From: Alphaproteobacteria bacterium
Lineage (GTDB): Bacteria; Pseudomonadota; Alphaproteobacteria; Bin95
Length of the DNA: 64,000 nt
Direction of reading: 5' to 3'
NCBI GenBank assembly: GCA_963665325.3
Contig: CAXXWS020000002.1
Coordinates: 1-64,000 of the forward strand
Position 1 is the first letter of the stretch, and the number at the start of each line of letters is the position of its first letter. A model generated the notes under the pieces. It saw only the letters and a list, made by a program, of their open reading frames with translations. It made no database searches and was not told the DNA's origin. Below are positions 51,679-63,208 of the stretch, in pieces. The position numbers and the translations under genes are program-made.

Positions 51679-52763
51679 GGCGCGTCCTCCGCGCGCCTTG
51701 CCGGGCGCCGCGTCGGTTGGATGTGGACGCGGTAGCGGATGAACATGTCGCAGGCCAGTACGAAGATCAGGATCGCCCCCTGGAACACGCGGGCGATCTT
51801 GTCGGAGACACCGAGCGAGACCTGGGCCGACTCGCCGCCGATATAGGTGAGCGCCAGCAACAGCGAGGCGAACAGCACGCCCACCGGGTTCAGCCGGCCG
51901 AGAAAGGCGGCGATGATGGCCGTGAAGCCGTAGCCGGGCGAGATGGAAGGGTGAAGCTGCCCGATGGTGCCCGACACTTCCGAGATGCCGGCAAGCCCTG
52001 CGAGGCCGCCGGAAATCATCAGCACGGTCATGATGGACCGCCGTTCGGAAAACCCGGCGAAGGCGCCCGCACGCGGCGACGCCCCGATGACCCGGAACTC
52101 GAACCCCTTGAGCGTGCGTCCGAGGACGATGGCGAGCGCCGCCACTGCGATGAGGGCGAGCACCGTGCCGTAATGCATCCGCCCGGCGAGCGCCGGTATC
52201 ACCGCATCGGCTTCGAAGAGCCGCGATTCGGGGAAATTATAGCCTTCCGGATTGCGCCACGGGCCGCGCACCAGCCAGTCGAGCAGGAGTTGCGCCACAT
52301 AGACCAACATCAGCGAGGTCAGGATTTCGCTGGCGCCGAATCGGACGCGGAAGAAGGCGGGTATCGCCGCCCAGGCCATGCCGCCCAGCACGCCGCATAC
52401 CAGCACGGCCGGCAGCAGCAGCGGCCCCTGCAGATCGGGCAGCATGACCGGCAGGGTTGACCCGCAAACGGCCCCGATCGTGTATTGCCCCTCCGCGCCG
52501 ATGTTCCAGACATTGGCGCGGAAGACGACTGCCAGGCCGACGCCGATCAGGGCCAGCGGCGTCGCCTTGACGACAATTTCCTCCAGCGACCACGCCTCGG
52601 TAAGCGGCTTGACGAAATAGACGTACAAGGCCCGGAGCGGATCGTATCCCATCGCTGCGAACAGGAAGGTGCCGAAGACCAGCGTGAGGCCCAGCGCCAA
52701 TAGCGGCGACAGCCAGACCATGAGCCGGGAGTCTTCGCTCCGCTGCCGGAGTTCGATCCGCAT
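51675..52763 (-). CDS. Nucleoside/purine ABC transporter permease
   Basis: 'WNIGAEGQ', 'EILTSLML', 'GYGFTAII.AFLGRLNP'. Confidence 0.92.
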   Translation of the reverse strand: MRIELRQRSEDSRLMVWLSPLLALGLTLVFGTFLFAAMGYDPLRALYVYFVKPLTEAWSLEEIVVKATPLALIGVGLAVVFRANVWNIGAEGQYTIGAVCGSTLPVMLPDLQGPLLLPAVLVCGVLGGMAWAAIPAFFRVRFGASEILTSLMLVYVAQLLLDWLVRGPWRNPEGYNFPESRLFEADAVIPALAGRMHYGTVLALIAVAALAIVLGRTLKGFEFRVIGASPRAGAFAGFSERRSIMTVLMISGGLAGLAGISEVSGTIGQLHPSISPGYGFTAIIAAFLGRLNPVGVLFASLLLALTYIGGESAQVSLGVSDKIARVFQGAILIFVLACDMFIRYRVHIQPTRRPARRAEDAP

Positions 52764-52768
52764 GCCGG

Positions 52769-54289
52769 TCAGTCCCCTGCGCCGCCCATGAGCAGGCCGA
52801 TGGCCTCCCGAGTGGTCTCGCCCGCCGGGACCGCCGGGGAGAGCCGGCCCCGCGAGATCACGGCGACGCGGTCCGAGATCTCGAGGATCTCGTCGAGGTC
52901 CTGGCTGATGGCCAGCACGGCCGCGCCGCTGCGTGCGAGCGCGGCGAGCGCGCGGCGGATTTCGGTCGCCGCGCCGACATCGACGCCCCAGGTCGGCTGG
53001 CTCACCGCCAGCACGCCCGGCTGGCGGTCGAGTTCGCGCCCGACGACGAATTTCTGGAGATTGCCGCCGGAAAGCGCCCTGGCCTCGGGGTCGCCGTCGG
53101 GTGCGCGAACGTCGAAACGCTCCACGATGCGCCGCGCGAGGCCGCGAGCGCGGGAGAGGTGCAGAAGGCCGCCCGTCGCCAGTTCCGTGTCGGTGCCGTG
53201 CCGGGTGAGGACGGCGTTTTCCGAAAGGCGCATGCCCGGCACCGCCGCATGGCCCAGCCGCTCCTCCGGGATGAAGGCCGCGCCGAGGCGCCTCCGCCTC
53301 CGCGGTCCCATCCGTCCGCAGGCCCGCCCGTCGATTTCGACGGCGGCACCGTCGGAAGCCGGCGTCTCACCGGAGAGCGCGGCGAACAGCTCGTCCTGCC
53401 CGTTGCCGGCGACACCCGCAACGCCGACGATCTCGCCGCCGCATACTTCGAGCGAGATGTCTTCCAGCGAGATGCCGAAGGGCGTGTCGGCTTCCAGCGA
53501 GAGGCCGCGAACGGCGAGCCGGACCGGGCCGGCCGCGGCGGGCTGGCCGTCGCGTCTTCCAACGCCTTCGACATCGGCGCCCACCATCAGCCGGGCAAGG
53601 TCGGCCGCGGTTGCGGCGTTCGGGTCCGGCCGGCCGACCACCCGCCCGTGCCGCAGCACGGTCGCGCTGTGGCAGAGCTGGCGGACTTCTTCGAGCCGGT
53701 GGCTGATATAAAGCACCGCGCAGCCCTCGCCGGCGAGCCGGCGCAGGGTCTCGAACAGCCGTTCGGCCTCCTGCGGCGTCAGCACCGAGGTCGGCTCGTC
53801 CATGATGAGCAGGCGCGGGCGCTGCAACAGGCAGCGGACGATCTCGATGCGCTGGCGAACGCCCACCGGCAGACTGGCGACGCGCGCCGCGGGATCGAGC
53901 GGCAGGCCGTAGGCCTCCGACACCGAGCGGACATCGTCGGCGAGCGCGCCGCCCGCCGCGCCTTTCGGCAGCGCCAGCGCGATGTTCTCGGCGACGGTCA
54001 GCCCCTCGAAGAGCGAGAAATGCTGGAACACCATGCCGATGCCCAGCGCGCGCGCCTCCGCCGGGTTGCCGATGGCCGCCGGCAGGCCCTGCCAGCTTAT
54101 CGACCCAGCATCCGGCTGGAGCGAGCCGTAGAGGATCTTGACGAGCGTCGATTTGCCGGCGCCGTTCTCGCCCAGCAGCGCATGTATCTCGCCTGCATGA
54201 ACGGAGAGGTCGATGCGGTCGTTTGCAGCGAGGTCGCCGAAGCGCTTGACGATGCCGCGCGCTTCCAAAAGGACATTTCCGCCCGGCAT
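52769..54289 (-). CDS. ABC transporter ATP-binding protein (two NBDs, CUT2-like)
   Basis: 'GENGAGKST', 'MDEPTSVL', 'LSGGNLQK'. Confidence 0.93.
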   Translation of the reverse strand: MPGGNVLLEARGIVKRFGDLAANDRIDLSVHAGEIHALLGENGAGKSTLVKILYGSLQPDAGSISWQGLPAAIGNPAEARALGIGMVFQHFSLFEGLTVAENIALALPKGAAGGALADDVRSVSEAYGLPLDPAARVASLPVGVRQRIEIVRCLLQRPRLLIMDEPTSVLTPQEAERLFETLRRLAGEGCAVLYISHRLEEVRQLCHSATVLRHGRVVGRPDPNAATAADLARLMVGADVEGVGRRDGQPAAAGPVRLAVRGLSLEADTPFGISLEDISLEVCGGEIVGVAGVAGNGQDELFAALSGETPASDGAAVEIDGRACGRMGPRRRRRLGAAFIPEERLGHAAVPGMRLSENAVLTRHGTDTELATGGLLHLSRARGLARRIVERFDVRAPDGDPEARALSGGNLQKFVVGRELDRQPGVLAVSQPTWGVDVGAATEIRRALAALARSGAAVLAISQDLDEILEISDRVAVISRGRLSPAVPAGETTREAIGLLMGGAGD

Positions 54290-54530
54290 GCGCAGCGTCC
54301 CCAAGCAAGGTCACCCGAGGTTAGAGCATAGGCCTGCCGGATTGAACCCGGATCGTCGGCCGCTCCCGATTTCGGCCGGGGGCGTGCCCGGGGGCGGCCG
54401 ATGGCACGGCCTTTGACTCACCAGGCCAACTCTGCAAACTCGAAGTCGACTGTCTGACCCGGAGATCCGGGTCGGTGCCGCGACCTCGGACAGACAGCGC
54501 ACCTGTCTGACCGACCTCGGGAGATTTGCA

Positions 54531-54944
54531 ATGTGGCGGACCCCTCTTTTCCTCGCTGGCGCTCTCGCCATTTCCCTTGCCGGCGTTGCCGAAGCGCAGA
54601 CGATACCGCTGGCCGAAAATTGCGTTTCGACACAAGCTTTGCCGGACCGGTCGACAGGCAGCGACCATTGGTACCCAAAATATCGGTTCACGAATGGCTG
54701 CCGCTACGAGGTCTTTGTGCGCGTACGCCATAATTTCGGAACCAGATCGATCAAATGTTCAAGTCCGGGCGGGATCGAGGTACGTGCTGGCGGGTCACAC
54801 GTTTACGATGCGGGACCGCTTCCGAGGGGCGTGCAAAGCTATATCAGGTATTGCGCGCAGTATGACGACAGGGAAATACAAAGCAGAACCGGTTACGCGA
54901 CCTGCTATGAGTCGAATTCGCCGTCATGCCCGCAGTTGCAATAG
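54531..54944 (+). CDS. Secreted cysteine-containing hypothetical protein (137 aa)
   Basis: GGGAGA RBS; signal peptide ending AEA; six Cys; visibly lower GC than the flanks. Confidence 0.7.
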   Translation: MWRTPLFLAGALAISLAGVAEAQTIPLAENCVSTQALPDRSTGSDHWYPKYRFTNGCRYEVFVRVRHNFGTRSIKCSSPGGIEVRAGGSHVYDAGPLPRGVQSYIRYCAQYDDREIQSRTGYATCYESNSPSCPQLQ

Positions 54945-55250
54945 GCTCTTGCGGAGCGCGGCCGCCGGACCGACGAGGACTGCATTCAGGCCATCGGCCA
55001 TTTCCGTCGAGGCCGGGAGCCGCGTCAGTAACCTATGGCTGACCGCCTCTTCCCTCTGCCTGGAGGCAGACACGATACCCTGGGGCCGTCGGCGGCGGAT
55101 GCTTACATTCCTGCCACGATGTTCGCCGGGATGAACCTGTCTGTCGCCTGACCGACTTTTGCCAGGCTGTCGCCCGCGGAAACCGATGGCTCGGGAATTG
55201 CGCCACTGCGACCGGCCCGGGACGGCGTTGCTGGCAGCGCCGGCGCGAAA

Positions 55251-55283
55251 GCGGGCGCGCGACCCGGATCGTCGCGCGCCCGC
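55251..55283 (-). terminator. Probable terminator hairpin after amtB
   Basis: 13-bp stem GCGGGCGCGCGAC/GTCGCGCGCCCGC, 25 bp past the stop; only a short U tract. Confidence 0.55.
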
Positions 55284-55307
55284 CGGTTGCAGGAAGGGCG
55301 CCCGCCG

Positions 55308-56651
55308 CTAGAAGAGCGGCGAGGAGCCCCGGCCGAACTCGGGATAGGCCTCCATGCCGAGCTCGGTCTTGTCGAGGCCGTCGTCTTCCGCCTCTTCGGA
55401 GGCCCGGATGCCGAGGAGGAGCTTCAGCACGAACCAGGCCGCGAGCGAGGCAGCGAAGACGAAGGTGCCGATGGCCAGCACGCCGATGAGCTGCACCCCG
55501 AAGTCGCCGCCGCCGAAGATGCCGACCGCGAGCGTGCCCCAGATGCCGGCGACCAGATGGGCGGAGATCGCGCCCACCACATCGTCGATCTTCAGCCGGT
55601 CGAGGGCCGGGACCGCGAACACCACCAGCACGCCGCCGACACCGCCGATGACGAGCGCCAGCACATGGTTCTGGAGGTCCGGGCCGGCGGTGATCGAGAC
55701 AAGGCCCGCGATTGCGCCGTTCAGCGCCAGCGTCAGGTCGATCTTGCGGTACATGACATAGCTGGTCGCCATGGCCGCGATCACGCCCGCCGCGGCGGCG
55801 AGGTTGGTGTTCACATAGACGATGGAGATCGCCACCGCGTCGAGCGCGGAGCCGAGCGCGAGCTGCGAGCCGCCGTTGAAGCCGAACCAGCCGAACCAGA
55901 GGATGAAGGTGCCGAGCGTCGCGAGCGGCAGATTGGCGCCAGGCATCGGGTTGATGCTCCCGTCCGGCCCGTATTTGCCCTTGCGCGCGCCGAGCACCAG
56001 CGCGCCTGCGAGCGCCGCCCAGCCGCCGGTGGAATGCACCAGCGTGGAGCCGGCGAAATCGCTGAAGCCCATCTCGTTCAGCCAGCCGCCGCCCCAGACC
56101 CACGACGCCTGGATCGGGTAGATCAGCGCCGACAGGAGGACGGTGAAGATCAGGAAAGGCAGGATGCGGATGCGTTCGGCGAGCGTGCCCGAGACGATGG
56201 AAGCGGCCGTCGCCACGAACACCATCTGGAAGAACCAGTCGGACATGACCGAATAGCCGCCTTCGACGACGGCAGCGACCTGTTCGGGCGTCGCCTCTTC
56301 GGCGTTGAGGAGCGCGAGTTCGGTGTCGGACGGGTTGTAGAGGAAGTTGAAGGTGCCGATCCAGCCGCCGTTCACGTCCGTGTACATCACGGCATAGCCG
56401 ACGATGTAGAACATGATCCCGGCGAGCGAGTAGAGCGCGATGTTCTTCAGGCAGATCGCCGCGGTGTTCTTGGTCCGCACGAGCCCCGATTCCAGCATGG
56501 CGAAGCCGGCCGCCATCAGCATCACCAGGAAGCCGTGCACCAGGAAGGAGAAGGTGTTGAAGATGAAGGCGATCTCGCCTTCGACTGCCGCAGCGGCGGG
56601 CGATGCCGCCAGCACGAAGAGGGCCGCGAGACCCGGAATGATGCGAAGCAT
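55308..56651 (-). CDS. amtB: Ammonium transporter
   Basis: 'FFQMVF', 'DFAGSTLVH..GG', 'LWFGWFGFNGGS', 'IDDVVGA...H..AGIWG'. Confidence 0.96.
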   Translation of the reverse strand: MLRIIPGLAALFVLAASPAAAAVEGEIAFIFNTFSFLVHGFLVMLMAAGFAMLESGLVRTKNTAAICLKNIALYSLAGIMFYIVGYAVMYTDVNGGWIGTFNFLYNPSDTELALLNAEEATPEQVAAVVEGGYSVMSDWFFQMVFVATAASIVSGTLAERIRILPFLIFTVLLSALIYPIQASWVWGGGWLNEMGFSDFAGSTLVHSTGGWAALAGALVLGARKGKYGPDGSINPMPGANLPLATLGTFILWFGWFGFNGGSQLALGSALDAVAISIVYVNTNLAAAAGVIAAMATSYVMYRKIDLTLALNGAIAGLVSITAGPDLQNHVLALVIGGVGGVLVVFAVPALDRLKIDDVVGAISAHLVAGIWGTLAVGIFGGGDFGVQLIGVLAIGTFVFAASLAAWFVLKLLLGIRASEEAEDDGLDKTELGMEAYPEFGRGSSPLF

Positions 56652-56666
56652 GTTCTTATCTCCTTA

Positions 56667-57026
<360 letters not shown>

Positions 57027-57057
57027 TCATCCGTCGGTCGGACTTGAAGGGTGAGAC

Positions 57058-57153
57058 ACAAGAACCGGGCCAAGACCTATAACATGTTGATAATATGAGA
57101 AATATCATCGAATTGGGGAAAGATGAGGCAATTTAATGCACAAATCGCAGGCA
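57058..57153 (-). promoter_or_regulatory. Probable sigma-54 promoter and NtrC box for glnK-amtB
   Basis: Minus-strand TTGGCCCGGTTCTTGT (57058-57073; GG-N10-GT, one mismatch to GG-N10-GC). TGCAC-N7-AGGCA at 57137-57153, with an AT-rich spacer between. Confidence 0.5.
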
Positions 57154-57356
57154 CAAAACTGACAGTCAGACTAAGTTGATGAAATTATATGCAGTTTATT
57201 GTCGACGCCGGCGGTCCCGCCCCCGAACCCTCAGGCCATTGCGCTCTGCCTGCGCGGGGATGACGAAAGGGGGCCGGGGCGACAAAAAAGGGCGGCGAGA
57301 GGCATTTGCGGACCAAGAAAAATTCCTAAAAATTCCTATTTTGTTTCAAAATGGGC

Positions 57357-57383
57357 TTGACCCTGGAAAAAGTGTGCTACACT
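57357..57383 (+). promoter_or_regulatory. Sigma-70-type promoter facing a long non-coding region
   Basis: TTGACCC-N12-GCTACACT resembles the Caulobacter housekeeping consensus; AT-rich upstream tract at 57317-57350. Confidence 0.45.
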
Positions 57384-57716
57384 GTCACCGAGGGAAGTGG
57401 CGTCCGGGGCCGTTTCCCTCGGATCCGAAAAAGACACCCGCAAAACCGACGGGAGACGTGCGCCCTGCGCCAGCCTCGCGCGCGGGCGCAATCAGGCGCG
57501 CGAAACGCGCCGGCGCTAGCGGGCGCGCCCGCCCGCGCGCGAAACGCGCGAAAAGGGGCGCTGGCCGCCGCCTCGATTCCGCTCGAAAGGAGACCCGATG
57601 ACTGCAACCGACCCCCGCCCCGAACCGCGATCCGGGGTTGCTCCGAGAACCGAGGCTGGGCCCCGGCTCGGAGGCCGGGGCGACGGTTGGGGGACATGCC
57701 CCGTCCGCATGCGGAA

Positions 57717-57790
57717 CATGACATCTCGTGACACATGGCAGGGTGGACCCCTGACGCCGCATGACGAAACATGACACTTCATGACACTTG
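57717..57790. repeat. 10-bp-phased TGAC direct repeats
   Basis: TGAC at 57719 and 57729, then at 57752, 57762, 57772 and 57782 (CATGACACTT twice). Confidence 0.7.
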
Positions 57791-57977
57791 CGGGGATATC
57801 CCGGCGGCCCGCCGCGTGGCATCCGTCGGAACCCGGCCAAGGCTCCTGACCGGCGCCATAAACTCGGCGCGTCTTGTCGCCGGCTGTGGAGACAGCCAGA
57901 GTCGGCGCGCCAGGGGCAGGCAGGGTACAAGGCTTTGATGGATGAACGACGGTAGAGAGTCGCGGAGTAGCTGCTCC

Positions 57978-59195
57978 ATGAGCAAGTTCGATGTGATCGT
58001 CGTCGGAGGCGGCCTGGTGGGCGCGGCGGCGGCGCGGGCCTTTGCCTCGGCCGGGCTGGAGGCCGCACTGGTGGACCGGGCCCCGGTGGAGACGGGCGCG
58101 GCGTTCGACGGGCGCACCACCGCGATCTCGCACGCCTCCGTGCAGGTGCTGCGGGGCGTCGGCCTCTGGCCGGCGATTGCGGCGCATGCCGAGCCGATGG
58201 CCGACATCCGCATCACCGACGGCGAGGCCCCGGTGTTCCTGCACTACGACCATCGCGAGGTCGGCGACGAGCCGTTCGGCTATATCGTCGAAAACCGCCT
58301 GATCCGCGCGGCCGCAGCGGCGTTGCTGGAGGATACGCCGAATGTCTCGGTGCTCTCTCCGGCCGTGGCCGAGAGGAGCGAGCGGAGCGGGGGCTTCGCC
58401 AGGCTTTCCCTCGCCGGCGGGGACGTGCTGGAAGCGCCGCTCATCGTCGCCGCCGACGGGCGCAGCTCGCCGCTGCGCCGCGAAGCCGGGATCGGCACCG
58501 TGGAGTGGGCTTACGGACAGAAGGCGCTGGTGCTGACCGTCAGCCACGAGCAGCCGCACGGCAATGTGGCGCATGAGCGGTTCCTCGCGGGCGGGCCGTT
58601 CGCGATCCTTCCAATGACCGACGGCCCGGGCGGCGAACACCGCTCCTCCATCGTCTGGTCGGAACGCAGCGACCTCGCGGATGCGCTGCTCACGCTCGAC
58701 GACGCCCGGTTCCTGCAGGAGCTCGAATGGCGTTTCGGCGATTTTCTGGGCGACATCCGGCTCGTCGGCCCGCGCTGGTGCTGGCCGGTCGGGCTGGTTC
58801 TGGCCGAACGGTTCTATGCCGAGCGGCTGGCGCTTGCGGGCGATGCGGCCTGCGGTATCCATCCCATCGCCGGGCAGGGATTCAACCTCGGCATTCGCGG
58901 CGTTGCCGCACTCGTCGAATGCGTCGTCGATTCATTCCGCCTCGGGCTGGACATCGGCGGCCCGGCCGTGCTGGAGGACTACCAGCGCCGGCAGCGGGCC
59001 GACAGCGTCCTGCTCGCCGGCGTCACGGACGGGCTGAACCGCCTGTTCTCGAACGACATTCCGCCCGTCCGGGCGGCTCGGCAATTGGGCCTCGCCGCCG
59101 TCGGACGGATGCCGGGCCTGAAGCGCGCCTTCATGCGCCACGCCATGGGCGTCGCCGGCCAGCCGCCCCGCCTCGTCCGGGGCGAGCCGCTTTGA
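57978..59195 (+). CDS. UbiH/UbiL-family FAD-dependent ubiquinone biosynthesis hydroxylase
   Basis: 'VGGGLVG', 'DGRTTAI', 'AADGR.S.LR', 'A.ERFL..GPFAILP', 'GDAA..IHPIAGQGFNLG'. Confidence 0.92.
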   Translation: MSKFDVIVVGGGLVGAAAARAFASAGLEAALVDRAPVETGAAFDGRTTAISHASVQVLRGVGLWPAIAAHAEPMADIRITDGEAPVFLHYDHREVGDEPFGYIVENRLIRAAAAALLEDTPNVSVLSPAVAERSERSGGFARLSLAGGDVLEAPLIVAADGRSSPLRREAGIGTVEWAYGQKALVLTVSHEQPHGNVAHERFLAGGPFAILPMTDGPGGEHRSSIVWSERSDLADALLTLDDARFLQELEWRFGDFLGDIRLVGPRWCWPVGLVLAERFYAERLALAGDAACGIHPIAGQGFNLGIRGVAALVECVVDSFRLGLDIGGPAVLEDYQRRQRADSVLLAGVTDGLNRLFSNDIPPVRAARQLGLAAVGRMPGLKRAFMRHAMGVAGQPPRLVRGEPL

Positions 59196-59201
59196 CGCCG
59201 C

Positions 59202-59855
59202 CTACGGCTCGGCGGCGAGGTAACGGCGGAGCGTCGCTGCCATCTTTGCGGCGGGCGTGTCGTGCGGGAAGAGCGTGCGGAACTTCCCGTCCGGCCCCAC
59301 CAGGAAGGTAAGGGTCGCATGGTCCACCAGATAGTCGTCCGCGTCCGCGCCGGCCTCGGACGGCACCTTGCGGCGATGGATGCGCCAGGCTTTCAGCACG
59401 GCGCGGGTCTGGGCGGGCGTTCCGCGCAGCGCTAGGAAGCGCGGGCCGAAATGCGCCATATAGTCCCTGAGCGCCGGCAGGTCGTCGCGTTCGGGATCGA
59501 CGGTGACGAACAGCGGCTGCACCCGTTCGGCCTCAGGACCGAGTTCATCCAGCGCCGCGGCCACGGTCAGCAGGTTGGTCGGGCAAAGGTCCGGGCAGAA
59601 GGTGTAGCCGAAATAGAGGAGCGCGAAGCGGCCCCGGAAGGTCTGGTCCGTCACCGCCCGGCCGTCATGGCCGGTCAGCGCGAACGGGCCGCCGAAGAGC
59701 TTTTCAAGCGGCGGTGGCGAAGAGGGCGGCGATGGGGGCGGCGGCGCGGCGGCGCCAGCGCCGCCATTCGTAGCGTTCGCCGCGCTGGGCGCGGCGGCGG
59801 CGAGGCAGAGGGCGGCGAGCGCCGCCGCAACCACGCGCCCCGCCGCCCCGGCCAT
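59202..59855 (-). CDS. SCO1/SenC copper chaperone
   Basis: 'GGPFAL', 'YFGYTFCPDLCP', 'TVDPERD', 'YLVDH'. Confidence 0.92.
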   Translation of the reverse strand: MAGAAGRVVAAALAALCLAAAAPSAANATNGGAGAAAPPPPSPPSSPPPLEKLFGGPFALTGHDGRAVTDQTFRGRFALLYFGYTFCPDLCPTNLLTVAAALDELGPEAERVQPLFVTVDPERDDLPALRDYMAHFGPRFLALRGTPAQTRAVLKAWRIHRRKVPSEAGADADDYLVDHATLTFLVGPDGKFRTLFPHDTPAAKMAATLRRYLAAEP

Positions 59856-61507
59856 CAGGTCGAATATTGCGCGAAGGCCACCGTGCCGGCGCGGGCGCGG
59901 TAGTCGGTGACGACATTGATGACGGCGACGCGGCCCTGGTCCACTTCCGCCTGGCCCCGTTCCAGCGCGGCGCGGATCTCGCCCGGCTCCTCCACCTGCT
60001 CGCCATAGCAGCCGAGCGCCTGGGCGATCTTGTCGAAGCGCACATAGCCGAGATCGCGGCCGATCTTTTCCCGGCCCGGATCGGCGGTCCACCCGCCGTT
60101 GCAGCTGATCACCACCAGCACCGGGATGCCCTGGCGCTGGGCGGCTTCGAGCTCCATCGCATTGAGGCCCATGGAGCCGTCGCCATGCACGCAGATCACC
60201 TGCTTGTCCGGCTTGGCGACCTTGGCGCCGATGGCGTAGGGCAGGCCGACGCCCATCGTGCCGAACGGGCCGGAGTTCAACCGGTGGCCCGGCGCGTAGG
60301 TCGGCATGGACTGGCGGCCGTAGTTCAGGATTTCCTGGCCGTCCACCACGAGAATGGAATCCCGGTCCATGAAGTTCTTGACTTCCTCGCAGAGTCGGAG
60401 CGGGTGGATTGGCGTGTCGTCCGAGAGGGCATTTCCGCCCGGCCGGGCGCGCTTCTCCGCCTCGCCCTCGGCCAGCCGGTCGCGCCAGGCCTTGAAGCGG
60501 TCGGCGTCGAAGCGCCCGTCGATGGCCGCCATGAGCTGCTCCAGCGCCGTGCGGACGTCCGCGACGATGCCGATGTCGATGGGCCGCGGGCTCTGGGCGA
60601 TCTCGGTCTGGTCGATGTCGATCCGCACGATGCGCGCATCGGCATTGAAACGCGGCGGGGCGGCATGGCCGACGATGTAGTTGAGCCGCGTGCCGAGGAT
60701 GAGGATGCAGTCGGCCTCCCGGAAGGCGGTCGAACGCATGGTGGCGTAGTGCCAGGGATGGTCTTCCGGCACGACGCCGCGGCCCTGCGGCGTGGTGTAG
60801 AAGGGGATGCCGGAGGCATCGACGAAGCGCTGCATCGCCTCCGAGGCTTCCGACCACAGGATGCCGGAGCCCGAAACCATCACCGGGCGCTCGGAAGACG
60901 CCAGGATCGCGGCGGTCTCCTCGATCAGGTCCTGCTGGCCCGCGGGGCGGCTGCGGAGCAGCGGGCGCCCGGAGGTCGTCCAGTTGATCTCCTCCTCCGG
61001 CACCTTCGTGTAGAGCACGTCGCCCGGCATATCGATATAGACGGGGCCCGGCTTGCCGGCCATCGCCTGCTGGAAGGCGATATCGACGATTTCCGGGATG
61101 CGGCGCGGATCGTAAACGCGGGCCGACCACTTCACGCAACCCTCCATGATCCGCATCTGGTCGATTTCCTGGAAGACGTCCTTGCCGAACTGGCCGACCG
61201 GCGAGCAGCCGCCGACCGCGACCACAGGCGTGCAATCGACCAGCGCATTGCAGAGGCCGGTGACCAGGTTGGTGACGCCCGGCCCGGACGCCGCCATGCA
61301 GGTCGCCGGCCTGGTGCGCAGCCGCGCATAGGCGTGCGCCATCATCGCCGCGGCCTGCTCGTGGCGCACATCGACCATGCGTATGCCTTCATTCGCGCAT
61401 TCGGTCTCCGCCAGCAGCATCGGGCCGCCCATCAGGAAAAACATCTCGTCGCAGCCCTGCCTGCGCAGCGCCTTGGCGAGGATCGCCGAACCCGTCAGTT
61501 CGCTCAT
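59855..61507 (-). CDS. TPP-dependent enzyme (2-hydroxyacyl-CoA lyase / oxalyl-CoA decarboxylase-like)
   Basis: 'RHEQAAAMMAHAY', 'SGPGVTN', 'FQEIDQ', 'GPFGTMGVGLP', 'GDGS.G.N.ME'. Confidence 0.88.
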   Translation of the reverse strand: MSELTGSAILAKALRRQGCDEMFFLMGGPMLLAETECANEGIRMVDVRHEQAAAMMAHAYARLRTRPATCMAASGPGVTNLVTGLCNALVDCTPVVAVGGCSPVGQFGKDVFQEIDQMRIMEGCVKWSARVYDPRRIPEIVDIAFQQAMAGKPGPVYIDMPGDVLYTKVPEEEINWTTSGRPLLRSRPAGQQDLIEETAAILASSERPVMVSGSGILWSEASEAMQRFVDASGIPFYTTPQGRGVVPEDHPWHYATMRSTAFREADCILILGTRLNYIVGHAAPPRFNADARIVRIDIDQTEIAQSPRPIDIGIVADVRTALEQLMAAIDGRFDADRFKAWRDRLAEGEAEKRARPGGNALSDDTPIHPLRLCEEVKNFMDRDSILVVDGQEILNYGRQSMPTYAPGHRLNSGPFGTMGVGLPYAIGAKVAKPDKQVICVHGDGSMGLNAMELEAAQRQGIPVLVVISCNGGWTADPGREKIGRDLGYVRFDKIAQALGCYGEQVEEPGEIRAALERGQAEVDQGRVAVINVVTDYRARAGTVAFAQYST

Positions 61508-61588
61508 CGGGTTTCCCTCTCTTCCGTCTTCGGTTCGTTCGGTGGATTGCGTGGGAGCATAGGCGGGCGGGCCGCCGGGCGTAACCGC

Positions 61589-63204
<1,616 letters not shown>

Positions 63205-63208
<4 letters not shown>

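Noticed and set aside
59202-61235. 677-aa ORF as a large SCO fusion
   Set aside because: The N-terminal part is an off-frame reading of the TPP enzyme gene; SCO starts at 59855.
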